NCBI GenBank assembly: GCA_039805305.1
Contig: JBDLUM010000071.1
Coordinates: 13,895-77,894 of the forward strand
Length of the DNA: 64,000 bases
Direction: 5' to 3'
Source: Actinomycetota bacterium
Lineage (GTDB): Bacteria > Actinomycetota > Actinomycetes > Actinomycetales > Microbacteriaceae
Shown here: positions 28,795 through 38,168 of the stretch, piece by piece
Layout of the letters: every line of letters begins with the position of its first letter
Numbering within the stretch: position 1 is the first letter of the stretch
Notes under the pieces: model-generated
The model's database searches: none
Told to the model about the DNA's origin: nothing
The model's input: the letters and a program-made list of their open reading frames with translations, nothing else
Program-made: the position numbers and the translations under genes

Positions 28795-30342
28795 TTGTCG
28801 CAAACTAGCATTGGCTTTGTGCCAGTTACTTCTAAAGCAAAGGCGGGGGCGTTGACGAAACTAATCGCTACCCTGCGCCGCGTTGCCGAAGGCTACGGAA
28901 TCTGGCTCATCATGCTCTTGGCCGCAGCTCTCAGGTTCATCAACCTCGGCTACCCGCGAAAACTGGTCTTCGACGAAACCTATTACGTCAAGGATGCCGT
29001 CACGCTTGGTTCGCTCGGCTACGAGGGGTCTTGGCCCGCCGACCCAAATCAGCAGTTCGAGTCAGGCAACACCGATATATTCAACGCCGACCCGGCTTAT
29101 GTCGTTCACCCGCCGCTTGGCAAATGGATCATCTGGCTCGGAATCAGAGCCCTCGGTGCAGATAACTCCGTCGGCTGGCGCTACTCGGTGGCCCTCTTGG
29201 GCTTGGCTTCGGTTTGGTTCATTTATCTGGTTGCGAAGCGACTCTTTGAATCGAAACTGTGGGCTCAGGTGGCTGCACTGTTGCTGGCCGTCGACGGTCA
29301 CGCAATTGTGCTGTCACGAACGGGCTTGCTCGACGGCATCCTCGCGTTTTTTGTCATTTTGGCGTTCTACTTTTTGCTTCGAGATCGTGAGCAACTGAGA
29401 CTCAGGCTTCTGGCGCGACCCTGGTTAATCGCCGCAGCAGTCACATTGGGTGCGGCTAGCGCAGTCAAGTGGTCGGGGCTCTACTACCTCGCGTTTTTCT
29501 GTGTCTACGTGGTCATCTCAGACATCCTGATCGAGCGCCGCACCTACTACGCGGCAAGCAGCGAGCCGTTCAACTGGGTTTCACGGCTGTTTATTCGCGG
29601 AGGTGCCACGGCCCTAATCACCCTGCCCGTCGCATTCTTGACCTACCTTGCGAGCTGGACAGGCTGGCTCGTCACATCTGGCGGTTACTATCGAAACTTC
29701 GATGCTGCCGAGGTGAAACTGCCGGCCGCGTTTGAGTGGTTGCCCGCCTCGCTTCAAGCGCTTTGGCACTACCACCAGCAGGCTTATGGCTTTCACGTGA
29801 GCCTCGCCACTCCGCACAACTACCAGGCCAACCCGTTCGGCTGGCTACTCATGCTTCGCCCAACGTCGTTCTTCTACGAGGGCACGGCCTTTGGCGCGAC
29901 CAACCCCACCACGGGGGCGCTGTGTCAAGATCCGAGCGGATGCTCGAGTGCAGTCACCGCGCTTGGCAACCCTGCCATTTGGTGGTTCGGGGTTTTTGCG
30001 TTGGCTGCGCTTGCGGTCTACTGGGTTCGCACTCGCAACCGCACATCTGGTCTGATTCTGCTCGGGCTTGGAGCCGGGTATCTGCCGTGGCTGACTCTTT
30101 TGAACCGCACAACCTTTCAGTTCTACTCGGTGGTTTTCTTGCCGTTCACCATTCTCGCGATCGTATTTGTGCTGCGTAAATATTTGCACGAGGCCGAAAA
30201 CCGCGAGCGCGCGCAAAGGCTGATTTTGGCCTATCTCGGGTTGGTGTTGGTCTTTAGCGCCTTCTTCTTGTCTATTTGGCTTGGCTTCGAAACCCCTTAC
30301 TGGTGGTGGCGTATTCACATGTGGATTCCGAGCTGGATTTAG
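28795..30342 (+). CDS. dolichyl/polyprenyl-phosphate-mannose--protein mannosyltransferase (PMT family)
   Basis: 515 aa and polytopic. Loop-1 acidic motif KLVFDETYYVKDA. Divergent from rsmI as for Rv1002c/Rv1003. The TTG at 28795 lies only 6 nt from the rsmI start, so the true start may be slightly downstream. Confidence 0.88.
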   Translation: MSQTSIGFVPVTSKAKAGALTKLIATLRRVAEGYGIWLIMLLAAALRFINLGYPRKLVFDETYYVKDAVTLGSLGYEGSWPADPNQQFESGNTDIFNADPAYVVHPPLGKWIIWLGIRALGADNSVGWRYSVALLGLASVWFIYLVAKRLFESKLWAQVAALLLAVDGHAIVLSRTGLLDGILAFFVILAFYFLLRDREQLRLRLLARPWLIAAAVTLGAASAVKWSGLYYLAFFCVYVVISDILIERRTYYAASSEPFNWVSRLFIRGGATALITLPVAFLTYLASWTGWLVTSGGYYRNFDAAEVKLPAAFEWLPASLQALWHYHQQAYGFHVSLATPHNYQANPFGWLLMLRPTSFFYEGTAFGATNPTTGALCQDPSGCSSAVTALGNPAIWWFGVFALAALAVYWVRTRNRTSGLILLGLGAGYLPWLTLLNRTTFQFYSVVFLPFTILAIVFVLRKYLHEAENRERAQRLILAYLGLVLVFSAFFLSIWLGFETPYWWWRIHMWIPSWI

Positions 30343-30435
30343 TTTCGCTGCTCGACGTAACCGCCCTCGCTACTCCCCCAAAAACCCAAACCAACGCCCC
30401 GCTAACCCCAACCGCCGTCAAGGTAGGCTGGCATC

Positions 30436-31614
30436 ATGGCAACTTACATGCAAGTTCTTTCGCGCCCTGGCGTGCTGCGTGTGGTCTCGTCGCAACTTTT
30501 TGCACGCTTCCCGTTTGGCCTAATGAGCCTCGCGTTTGTGCTTCACATTCAAGAAAAATCGGGCTCGTATGCCCTTGCCGGCCTAGCCCTCGGTCTCGAA
30601 ACCGTTGGTGTCGCAGTGTCTGGCCCACTGCTTGGGCGCTGGATGGGCGGTTGGGGCGTTAGGCGCACGTTGTTGGTCTCTGCGGGCATCAGTGCAGCAA
30701 CAATTTTTGTAATCGGCCTTGCTCCCCTACCAGCTGAAGTGTTGGCGCTGTTGTGCCTAGTGGTCGGCTTGTCTAGCCCGCCAATTCAGTCGGCTGTGCG
30801 AACGATCTATCCGATGCTGGTCGAACGCAAGCAAATGGGCACTCTCTATGCCCTTGACGCCACGCTGCAAGAAGTTATCTGGATCTTCGGCCCCGTCACG
30901 GCCACCTTTATCGCTGCCTTCACCAACACCACCGTGGGCATCGTGGTTATGGGCGTGATTCAAATCGTCGGCGCCTTTTGGTTCTCATCGAATCGTGAAA
31001 TTAGAAGCGTAGAAATTCCAAAATCGAAGCGACGACTCGGCGGTGTGCTTCGCAACCGCATCGTGATTTCAAACGCCATCATCGGCGCTCTGCTAATCGG
31101 CTCATTCTCTGGCGTTGAAATTGGCACCGTGGCAGTGTTCACCGATAAGGCAACGGCCGGCATCATCGTCGGTGTTCTCTCACTTGGCTCTCTGCTCGGT
31201 GGGTTTCTGTTCGGCCACCGCAGCAAAACCCGCTGGGCACTTTCTCGCTACCTACTGGTCGTTTTTGTTGGCTTTGCCATGGTGTTCATCGCACCAGACT
31301 CAGCAATCTGGGTGAGCATCGCTTGGTTCATTGCCGGTCTTGGCATCGCACCTGCGTTGGGTTTGCTCGGTGCCATCATCGGGGCTTCGGTAAAAACAGC
31401 GGATGCTCCTGAGGCCTACGGCTGGGTTGGCAGCGGGCAGATGATCGGCTACGCCGGCGCCGCGGCCATCGCGGGTTTCTCAATCGACCTGATCGCTCCC
31501 GAGGCAGCCCTGCTGGTAGCCGTGGTCATGGGCGGTGGGGCCGTGCTTGTTGCTCTCATGTCAGCGAAATTCACGCCGGTGATTTCAAGCAGCGACCAAG
31601 AGGAAGAAAAATAA
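30436..31614 (+). CDS. MFS transporter
   Basis: 392 aa with about 12 hydrophobic segments. No substrate can be inferred. Confidence 0.8.
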   Translation: MATYMQVLSRPGVLRVVSSQLFARFPFGLMSLAFVLHIQEKSGSYALAGLALGLETVGVAVSGPLLGRWMGGWGVRRTLLVSAGISAATIFVIGLAPLPAEVLALLCLVVGLSSPPIQSAVRTIYPMLVERKQMGTLYALDATLQEVIWIFGPVTATFIAAFTNTTVGIVVMGVIQIVGAFWFSSNREIRSVEIPKSKRRLGGVLRNRIVISNAIIGALLIGSFSGVEIGTVAVFTDKATAGIIVGVLSLGSLLGGFLFGHRSKTRWALSRYLLVVFVGFAMVFIAPDSAIWVSIAWFIAGLGIAPALGLLGAIIGASVKTADAPEAYGWVGSGQMIGYAGAAAIAGFSIDLIAPEAALLVAVVMGGGAVLVALMSAKFTPVISSSDQEEEK

Positions 31615-31898
31615 TGTCTGTCTTTGCAGTTACCTATTCATACTCGGCCAGCGAAGCAGAATTGGCCGAGATTCGACCCACTCACCGAGCGTTTTTCAAA
31701 GAACTACTCGAACAGCAGACGCTCTTGGCTAGCGGTCCAATGGTTGACCGCCCAGGTGCACTTCTGATTGTGCGGGCAGATTCGGTAGAACAGGTTGCCG
31801 AAATTCTCGATCAAGACCCATTCGACATTGCTGGCTACATCGGCGAGCGCGCTATCGCCGAGTGGAACCCTGTCTTTGGCCCTTGGAGCGCAGCGTGA
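31614..31898 (+). CDS. YciI family protein
   Basis: 94 aa of typical YciI-like length and pattern (HRAFFKEL...LLASGPM...DPF). The ATG overlaps the MFS stop (TAATG). Confidence 0.8.
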   Translation: MSVFAVTYSYSASEAELAEIRPTHRAFFKELLEQQTLLASGPMVDRPGALLIVRADSVEQVAEILDQDPFDIAGYIGERAIAEWNPVFGPWSAA

Positions 31899-32728
31899 GT
31901 TTCAGCATCGACCAGAATCCTCTGATTCAACTGAACTCGGGGCAACTGCTTCCACAACTCGGGCTTGGGGTCTACAAAGTTGGCCAAGACATTGCGGTCG
32001 ATCTGGTCAAGCTTGCGATCGACCTCGGTTACCGCAGAATTGACACCGCGGCGCTCTACGATAACGAGCAAGAAGTTGGGGCGGGCATCCGAGCCTGTGG
32101 CTTAGACCGCGAAGAAATCTTTGTCACCACCAAAATCTGGAATGACAGACACGGATACGACAATGCACTCGAGGCAATCGACGAGTCACTCGCGCGGCTC
32201 AACATCGGTTATGTCGACATGCTGCTGATTCACTGGCCGAACCCGAAGCTGGGCAAATTTGTCGAGACTTGGAAGGCGCTTGAACACGCTCTCGAAAGCG
32301 GCAAGGTTCGAGGCATCGGGGTTTCGAACTTTCACCCAGAGCACCTTGAGCCGCTGCTTGAGCAGGCGAGCATTGTGCCGGCGCTAAATCAGATTGAGCT
32401 GCATCCCGGCTTGAATCAGGGTGAGATTCGCGCTTTCAATGCCAACCACGGAATTGCCACCGAAGCATGGTCACCTTTGGCTAGAGGTCAAAAGAACGAG
32501 GCGGCCGCCATAGTTGCTGCCGCGCAGGCTCACGGCAAAACACCTACCCAAGTTATTTTGCGCTGGCACATTCAGCTTGGAAATCTAGTGATTCCAAAAT
32601 CGTCAAACCCAGAGCGCTTGGCGGAAAACCTAAACGTTTTTGACTTCGAACTAACCCGTGAAGAGATGGCCACTATCGACTTACTCGAAGACGGTCAGCG
32701 TATCGGGCCAGACCCGAGAACGTTCTAA
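31895..32728 (+). CDS. aldo/keto reductase
   Basis: DTAALYDNEQEVG, LLIHWP and GVSNF motifs. I place the start at GTG 31895 (VSFSIDQNP...), which overlaps the YciI stop as GTGA. The ORF-track ATG at 31862 would overlap 37 nt. Confidence 0.88.
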   Translation: MSFSIDQNPLIQLNSGQLLPQLGLGVYKVGQDIAVDLVKLAIDLGYRRIDTAALYDNEQEVGAGIRACGLDREEIFVTTKIWNDRHGYDNALEAIDESLARLNIGYVDMLLIHWPNPKLGKFVETWKALEHALESGKVRGIGVSNFHPEHLEPLLEQASIVPALNQIELHPGLNQGEIRAFNANHGIATEAWSPLARGQKNEAAAIVAAAQAHGKTPTQVILRWHIQLGNLVIPKSSNPERLAENLNVFDFELTREEMATIDLLEDGQRIGPDPRTF

Positions 32729-33792
32729 AGCTTCGCGGGCTTCTCGCGAGTTACCAGCAAGCTCGCAACCGTGGTGACAACCAGCGTGACGACGATGACA
32801 CCCAAAGAAAGCTCGGTTGAGATTTCAGGAATGATCTCGACATGCTCACCACCGTTGATGAACGGCAGTTCGTTCTTGTGCAGGGCGTGATTCACAAGCT
32901 TCACACCGATCCAAGCCAGGATGATCGACAGGCCGACACCCAAGTACTTGAGTCGCTGCATCAAACCACTCAGCAAGAAGTAAAGCTGACGAAGGCCGAG
33001 CAACGCGAATGCGTTAGCTGTGAAGACGATGTAGGCCTGGTCTGTCAAGCCATACACGGCTGGAATCGAATCGAGAGCGAAAAGCACATCGGTTGCACCG
33101 ATCGATATCATCACGAGCATCAGTGGCGTTAGGTAGCGCTTGCCCTGCTGAACGATGGTCAACTTGGTGCCGTGATATTCATCGACGGTTGGGTAGAAGC
33201 GCTTGACGATTTGCATCAACTTGCCACCCGGAACCTTGTCGTCGTGAGCCTCGTGGAAGGTGTCCCAAATCAACATGACCGCGGTGTAGACGAGAAACGC
33301 CCCGAATAGGTAGAAAACCCATGAGTAGGCGGCAATCGCAGCTGCGCCAACGGCAATAAAGATGCCTCTCAAAACAAGAGCAACCACGATACCGATGAGC
33401 AGTGCCTGACTCTGAAGCGCGCGTGGCACAGCAAACTGGGTGAAGATGATCAAAAAGACGAAGAGGTTGTCAACCGAAAGGCTCTTTTCGGTGATGAAAC
33501 CGGCCAAATACTCACCGGCGTACTGCCCTCCCCACAACTGACCAACCACGAAGGTGAAGGCAAGGGCGAGACCCATGTAGATGGCACTTTGAATGGCCGA
33601 CTCTTTGAAGGTTGGTTCGTGAGGGTGGCGAATCTGGTAAATCAAATCGAAAACGATTACCGCCACCAAAACACCGATGGTAACGAGCCAGACTGTTAGA
33701 TCAACATTCATCATTGGGGTCATAAGGTAAGTCAACAACAATGCGCTCGGAATAATCCACCCTCGGCAACATTTAGTAACAGTGCATCCCAA
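32725..33792 (-). CDS. TerC family integral membrane protein
   Basis: SLSVDNLFVFLIIF and FALDSIPAVYGLT motifs. The true start is probably one of the ATGs at 33723, 33714 or 33711 (MTPMMNVDLTVW...) rather than 33792. Confidence 0.85.
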   Translation of the reverse strand: MGCTVTKCCRGWIIPSALLLTYLMTPMMNVDLTVWLVTIGVLVAVIVFDLIYQIRHPHEPTFKESAIQSAIYMGLALAFTFVVGQLWGGQYAGEYLAGFITEKSLSVDNLFVFLIIFTQFAVPRALQSQALLIGIVVALVLRGIFIAVGAAAIAAYSWVFYLFGAFLVYTAVMLIWDTFHEAHDDKVPGGKLMQIVKRFYPTVDEYHGTKLTIVQQGKRYLTPLMLVMISIGATDVLFALDSIPAVYGLTDQAYIVFTANAFALLGLRQLYFLLSGLMQRLKYLGVGLSIILAWIGVKLVNHALHKNELPFINGGEHVEIIPEISTELSLGVIVVTLVVTTVASLLVTREKPAKL

Positions 33793-33809
33793 TAGAACAG
33801 AGACAACAA

Positions 33810-34700
33810 ATGCGAGTGCTAATCTCGGGCGCCAGCGGTCTAATCGCCACCGAACTCAAGGCTCAACTTAGGGATCTCGGGCACGAACCGCTTAGCCTCG
33901 TAAGACGCACAGCTTCCGGCTCTGACGAGGTCGAATGGAACCCAGCAAGCGGTTACCTGACCCCAGGAATCATCGAAACTGTCGATGTTGTGGTGAACCT
34001 TGGCGGTGCAACCACCGGAAAGATTCCCTGGACCGAAAAGTACAAGCAAGAACTCATTTCATCTCGCCTAGATTCGACGAAGACTTTGGTCGACGCCATC
34101 AATCAATCGAACAACAAGCCGAAAGTTTTTCTCAGCGGTTCAGCATCCGGTTTTTATGGCGAACGCGGAGATGAGCTTGTAGACGAGTCGACACCTAAGG
34201 GTGAGGGCTTCTTGAGTGACCTTGCAGCACAGTGGGAACACGAGGCCGGTAAGGCTAAGACCCGCGTAGTGCTTCTTCGCACCACGATGGTGATGTCACG
34301 CAAACTTGGCGCATTAGGCAAACTCATGCCGCTCATCCGGTTGGGCATTGGCGGTGCTCTCGGGTCGGGTAAGCAGTGGTGGGCTTTCATCAGCGTGGTC
34401 GACGAGGCGAGGGCGATCATTCACCTAATGAATGACAAAAATGCATCTGGCGCCTACAACATCACCGCTCCTGAAGCTGCAACCTGTAAGCAAATGGTGG
34501 ATGCTCTGGCTAAGGCCGTTCGCCGTCCCGCTCTATTGCGTGTGCCCGCCTTCGCGATGCGACTACTCATCGGCGAGGCCGCCGACGAGCTGCTGCTTTG
34601 CAGCCAAAAGATGACAGCTACTCGTTTGCAGAGCACAGGCTTCGAGTTCGAGCATCCGACGCTAAAAAGCGCCGTCGCTTACGTGGTCGCAAAGTCTTAG
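33810..34700 (+). CDS. TIGR01777-type NAD-dependent epimerase family protein (SDR with C-terminal DUF1731)
   Basis: 296 aa. N-terminal Rossmann motif ISGASGLIA and the characteristic C-terminal FEFEHP region. Confidence 0.85.
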   Translation: MRVLISGASGLIATELKAQLRDLGHEPLSLVRRTASGSDEVEWNPASGYLTPGIIETVDVVVNLGGATTGKIPWTEKYKQELISSRLDSTKTLVDAINQSNNKPKVFLSGSASGFYGERGDELVDESTPKGEGFLSDLAAQWEHEAGKAKTRVVLLRTTMVMSRKLGALGKLMPLIRLGIGGALGSGKQWWAFISVVDEARAIIHLMNDKNASGAYNITAPEAATCKQMVDALAKAVRRPALLRVPAFAMRLLIGEAADELLLCSQKMTATRLQSTGFEFEHPTLKSAVAYVVAKS

Positions 34701-35971
34701 CTGGAGACTTTGACGGCTTCGTCAGGCTGATTCGATTCATCGCCGAGCGCTTTGATGAATCGGTAAGAGAAGATTGCAATGGCCACCGAAATCGCGCCTC
34801 CGACCAGATATGGCGTGCGAAGGTCGATCTTGGCTAGCGCCCCTCCGAGCATCGCTCCAATTGGCATAAGCCCCCACACCAAGGTGCGTCTTGTGCCATG
34901 AATGCGCCCGAAAATCTCATTTGGAATCAATGCGTGGTAGAGGCTCATGAGAAGAATGTTCCACAGCGAAACGCCGAAGCCTCCGATAGCCATAGCAATC
35001 ATTAGAGAAATGACCTCGGGAACAAAACCCTGAACCAAACCAAAAATAGTGGTGATGGTGATTCCGGCAGCTAGCGCAGTTCCGCGGCCAAATCGCTTCG
35101 AGATCTTGGCGGCGAATAGCGCGCCGGCTACCGCTCCGATTCCACCAGACAGCAAGACTGTTCCGAACGCAGCCTCTGGCACCCCAAGCTCTTCGACTAA
35201 GAACAGAGCCTGAGTGGCGTTAGAAAGCGTGAAGCACATGCCCAGAGCAGCGGTTGTCAAAACCAGTCGCAACAACTTCTTGTCATTCAAGAGATAGCTG
35301 ATGCCAGCCTTCATCTCAGCGGTGAACGCCGGACGTTGTTTCTTTTCTATCGACGAAACGGCGATCATCTCTCGAGGAATCGCAGAAATCATCAGCGCGG
35401 CTAAGAAGAATCCGATCGAGTTAAACAAGAACGGCAATGCGGCCACGAGTGTGAACAGCAGCGAACCCAGCGGGGTGCCGATGAAACCTGCAAGAACCGT
35501 GTCGGCAGCCTGCATCCGCGAATTGCCTCGCTCGAGCTTCGAGTGTGGAAGCACCGTTGGAATCAGCGATTGAAGACCGGTGTCTGAAACCACATCGCAA
35601 ATGCCAACGACAAAAATGACCAGGTAGAGCAGCCAGATGGTCGTGAAATCAAAGAAGATTGCCGCGCACAAAAGGCTGGCAGTCGATGCTCTAATAAGCG
35701 CAGTAACCGTGAGGGCAACTCTGCGGTCTATTCGATCTAGCAAAGTGCCGACTGGTATTGCAAAAAGAAGCCAGGGCAACATGTACAGCGCGCCGGTCAG
35801 CGAGATTAGAAATGGGTCACGCGTGAGTTGGAGGGCTAGTAGTGGTGCGGCTGCGGCAATAAGCCCGTCAGACAGTTTGATTAGCGCGAAGGCCGAGAAC
35901 AGTCGGTTGAAGGCCGCGCCGAGGCCATCTTTTGTTTGTTTGATCACCGACGCTCCTTTGCTAACTAACAA
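34697..35971 (-). CDS. MFS transporter
   Basis: 424 aa with 12 hydrophobic segments and a loop 2-3 motif (GTLLDRIDRR). Confidence 0.8.
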   Translation of the reverse strand: MLVSKGASVIKQTKDGLGAAFNRLFSAFALIKLSDGLIAAAAPLLALQLTRDPFLISLTGALYMLPWLLFAIPVGTLLDRIDRRVALTVTALIRASTASLLCAAIFFDFTTIWLLYLVIFVVGICDVVSDTGLQSLIPTVLPHSKLERGNSRMQAADTVLAGFIGTPLGSLLFTLVAALPFLFNSIGFFLAALMISAIPREMIAVSSIEKKQRPAFTAEMKAGISYLLNDKKLLRLVLTTAALGMCFTLSNATQALFLVEELGVPEAAFGTVLLSGGIGAVAGALFAAKISKRFGRGTALAAGITITTIFGLVQGFVPEVISLMIAMAIGGFGVSLWNILLMSLYHALIPNEIFGRIHGTRRTLVWGLMPIGAMLGGALAKIDLRTPYLVGGAISVAIAIFSYRFIKALGDESNQPDEAVKVSS

Positions 35972-35977
35972 AGCCTA

Positions 35978-36013
35978 ACCAAAGAAAAGACCCCGGTGAT
36001 TACTCACCGGGGT
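35978..36013 (-). terminator. intrinsic terminator of the Lys/Ala-rich protein gene
   Basis: Perfect 10-bp stem ACCCCGGTGA (35990-35999) pairs with TCACCGGGGT (36004-36013), loop TTAC. On the minus strand it is followed by CTTTTCTTTGG. Confidence 0.7.
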
Positions 36014-36029
36014 TCTCCACTTTTGCTAG

Positions 36030-36713
36030 TTACTTCTTAGCAGCAGGCTTTGCGGCTGGCTTCTTTGCAGCTGGCTTAGCAGCAGCCTTTGGAGCGGCCT
36101 TAGCAACCGGCTTCTTAGCAGCTGGCTTCTTAGCAGCTGGCTTAGCGGCAGCTGGCTTAGCGGCAGCTGGCTTAGCGGCAGCCTTTGGAGCGGCCTTAGC
36201 AACTGGCTTAGCAGCGGCCTTGGCGGCAGGCTTAGCAACTGGCTTCTTTGCAGCTGGCTTAGCAGCAGCCTTTGGAGCGGCCTTAGCAGCTGGCTTAGCA
36301 GCAGCCTTAGGAGCGGCCTTGGCGGCTGGCTTAGCAGCAGCCTTAGGAGCGGCCTTGGCGGCTGGCTTAGCAACCGGCTTCTTAGCAGCAGGCTTCTTAG
36401 CAGCAGGCTTCTTAGCAGTGCTCTTCATTGCGGCTTCGATTACATCTTCAGCAGCATCAACAGCTTTAGCGGCAGCGGCCTTGGTTGCCTTGGTTGCAGT
36501 CTTTACGGCTGCACCTGCCTTTTTCTCAGCGTCTTTAGCTACGCGTCCGGCCTCTTTGCCAACCTTCTTGGCAGCTACTTCAGCCTTGGCCTTTACATCT
36601 TCGAACACTTCAGCGCTCTCTTTGGCAATGTCAGCTGCTAGTTCGTTGGTTGCCTTGGCAATGCCAGGGGCGTTCTTCTTGAAGACCTTTTTAACGCGGT
36701 CAAAAATGCTCAC
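36030..36713 (-). CDS. Lys/Ala/Pro-rich histone-like (H1/HupB-tail-like) repetitive protein
   Basis: 227 aa. A helical charged N-terminal ~95 aa is followed by ~125 aa of AKKPAAK / PAAKAAPKAAAK repeats. It has its own terminator. The opposite-strand and frame-shifted ORFs in the track (36026..36373, 36220..36780) are repeat shadows. Confidence 0.75.
   Translation of the reverse strand: MSIFDRVKKVFKKNAPGIAKATNELAADIAKESAEVFEDVKAKAEVAAKKVGKEAGRVAKDAEKKAGAAVKTATKATKAAAAKAVDAAEDVIEAAMKSTAKKPAAKKPAAKKPVAKPAAKAAPKAAAKPAAKAAPKAAAKPAAKAAPKAAAKPAAKKPVAKPAAKAAAKPVAKAAPKAAAKPAAAKPAAAKPAAKKPAAKKPVAKAAPKAAAKPAAKKPAAKPAAKK
36253..36360. repeat. 36-bp tandem repeat, three near-identical copies, flanked by degenerate copies from about 36040 to 36420
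   Basis: The unit GCTGGCTTAGCAGCAGCCTT(T/A)GGAGCGGCCTT(A/G)GC(A/G)(G/C) begins at 36253, 36289 and 36325, and a fourth partial copy begins at 36361. It encodes PAAKAAPKAAAK on the minus strand. Confidence 0.85.
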
Positions 36714-36789
36714 AGTTTTCTCCTACATGGATTTTGGGGATTCACTAAAGTTTACCGCTCGACAGATGAAAAGTAACTAGGCAAAACGA

Positions 36790-37479
36790 TTAGCCATTGG
36801 CACGGCGGCGCTTCAAAATTTCATCGAGTGCCGCACCGCCCAAAAATTGTTCACCCTCGGCGGCAGTTTCTTCGACAAGGGCGGGTTTGATTTCAACGAC
36901 CTCAGCGAAAGTCACCTGCTCGATTGCGCCATCAGAGCCTCGATAAATTTGCCGTGGCACACCCGGAGAAGTCCAAGCTCGAGGGTCTCGAGTATCAACC
37001 GCCGACTCAGAAGCAGATGGCTTTGAGTTGCGATCAGGAAGAGCAACATTGGCACGTCGCTGAGCTGCACGGCTGCGAATAACACGGGATGAATCGAGCG
37101 CACCTAAGTAGGCGGCGTTCGCTACTCGATTTACAAAGATTGCCATGGCAGCTACTACTGCGCTGGAAATCGCCCAAATCAACATCTCAGGATTGGTCGC
37201 CAAGATTGCGAGGCTCCACGACAAAACAGCGATTGCTGGCAGTGCGACAAAGAGAGCTCCGCGTTTGAGTAATAGCGCCCTGCCTGCAGAGTTTGCGGCC
37301 CGAGCCTGTTCAGACGCCGAAGCTCTAACTACCGACTCGGCATGTTTCGCGACCGCTGAGTTTTCTCGGGTTTTTTCGCGCTCGCTGGTGCGAGACATCC
37401 AAGAAGGTAAAAACATCAAGAACCAAACCGCAGCGAGTGCAGCGAGCATCAGCCCACCAGACATCGAAGTTAAGTTCAT
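36790..37479 (-). CDS. hypothetical membrane protein
   Basis: 229 aa. Three hydrophobic segments in the N-terminal half and a soluble C-terminal half. No family recognised. Confidence 0.55.
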   Translation of the reverse strand: MNLTSMSGGLMLAALAAVWFLMFLPSWMSRTSEREKTRENSAVAKHAESVVRASASEQARAANSAGRALLLKRGALFVALPAIAVLSWSLAILATNPEMLIWAISSAVVAAMAIFVNRVANAAYLGALDSSRVIRSRAAQRRANVALPDRNSKPSASESAVDTRDPRAWTSPGVPRQIYRGSDGAIEQVTFAEVVEIKPALVEETAAEGEQFLGGAALDEILKRRRANG

Positions 37480-37511
37480 AACTCTAAAGATATGAGCCGA
37501 ATTAATTGACC

Positions 37512-38150
37512 CTAGGCATTTGGCTCGGTGTGTTTAGATTTCGCTACAAATGGGTAAGAGATGGCAGGCACTTTGCCGCGCATCCAGCGGTTGAGAACAC
37601 CGCCATCTACCTCTTCACGTGTCAGGGCAAACACATAGTGGTCGCGCCAATCTCCGTTGATGTGAATGTAGCGCTCTTTCAGCCCCTCGAATCGAAAGCC
37701 GAGTTTCTGCACGACTCGAAGGCTCGCCACATTCTCTGGTCGAATCGCAATCTCCACCCGATGCAAACCGACCTGGTTGAACAGGTAGTCGGTGACCAAA
37801 GCCACCGAAGTGGGAGCCACCCCGCGACCCGCGACATCTGGTGACACCCAGTACCCGATCACTGCATTCGAAACCGAACCATAAAGCACGTTGGCAACGT
37901 TTAGTTGACCGGCAATCTCACCATCGACCTCGATAACAAACGGAAAACCCCAGCCATCATCAGCTTGTCTGAGTAGACCGCGAACCATTGCTCGAATATC
38001 AAAACTTTGCGGAGCGTTGGGCAATGTTGCCTCCCAAGGCCGCAGCCATGCACGATGGCCAAGAATCAGTCGCTCGAGCGACTTCACGTCGCGCATTTTC
38101 ACGAGGCGCAGGCGAACCGCGTCGTGAGTGAGAGCAAAATTCATGGCCAC
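37512..38150 (-). CDS. GNAT family N-acetyltransferase (RimJ/RimL-like)
   Basis: 212 aa. Acetyltransferase core (VGYWVSPDVAGRGVAP...RVEIAIRPENVASLRVVQKLGFRFEG). Confidence 0.85.
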   Translation of the reverse strand: MAMNFALTHDAVRLRLVKMRDVKSLERLILGHRAWLRPWEATLPNAPQSFDIRAMVRGLLRQADDGWGFPFVIEVDGEIAGQLNVANVLYGSVSNAVIGYWVSPDVAGRGVAPTSVALVTDYLFNQVGLHRVEIAIRPENVASLRVVQKLGFRFEGLKERYIHINGDWRDHYVFALTREEVDGGVLNRWMRGKVPAISYPFVAKSKHTEPNA

Positions 38151-38168
38151 GATGGCAAGATTAGTCGC

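Noticed and set aside
30343-30435. A C-rich intergenic tract (CTCCCCCAAAAACCCAAACCAACGCCCCGCTAACCCCAACCGCC), considered as a 6C-type sRNA.
   Set aside because: The C-runs are not presented in the loops of two stable hairpins as in 6C RNA. I found no complementary G-rich arms and no terminator.
33724-33809. A possible yybP-ykoY (Mn2+) riboswitch upstream of the TerC family gene.
   Set aside because: Only about 85 nt separate the likely TerC start from the divergent epimerase-family gene. The conserved GGGGAGUAG-type core is not present in either orientation as far as I can read.
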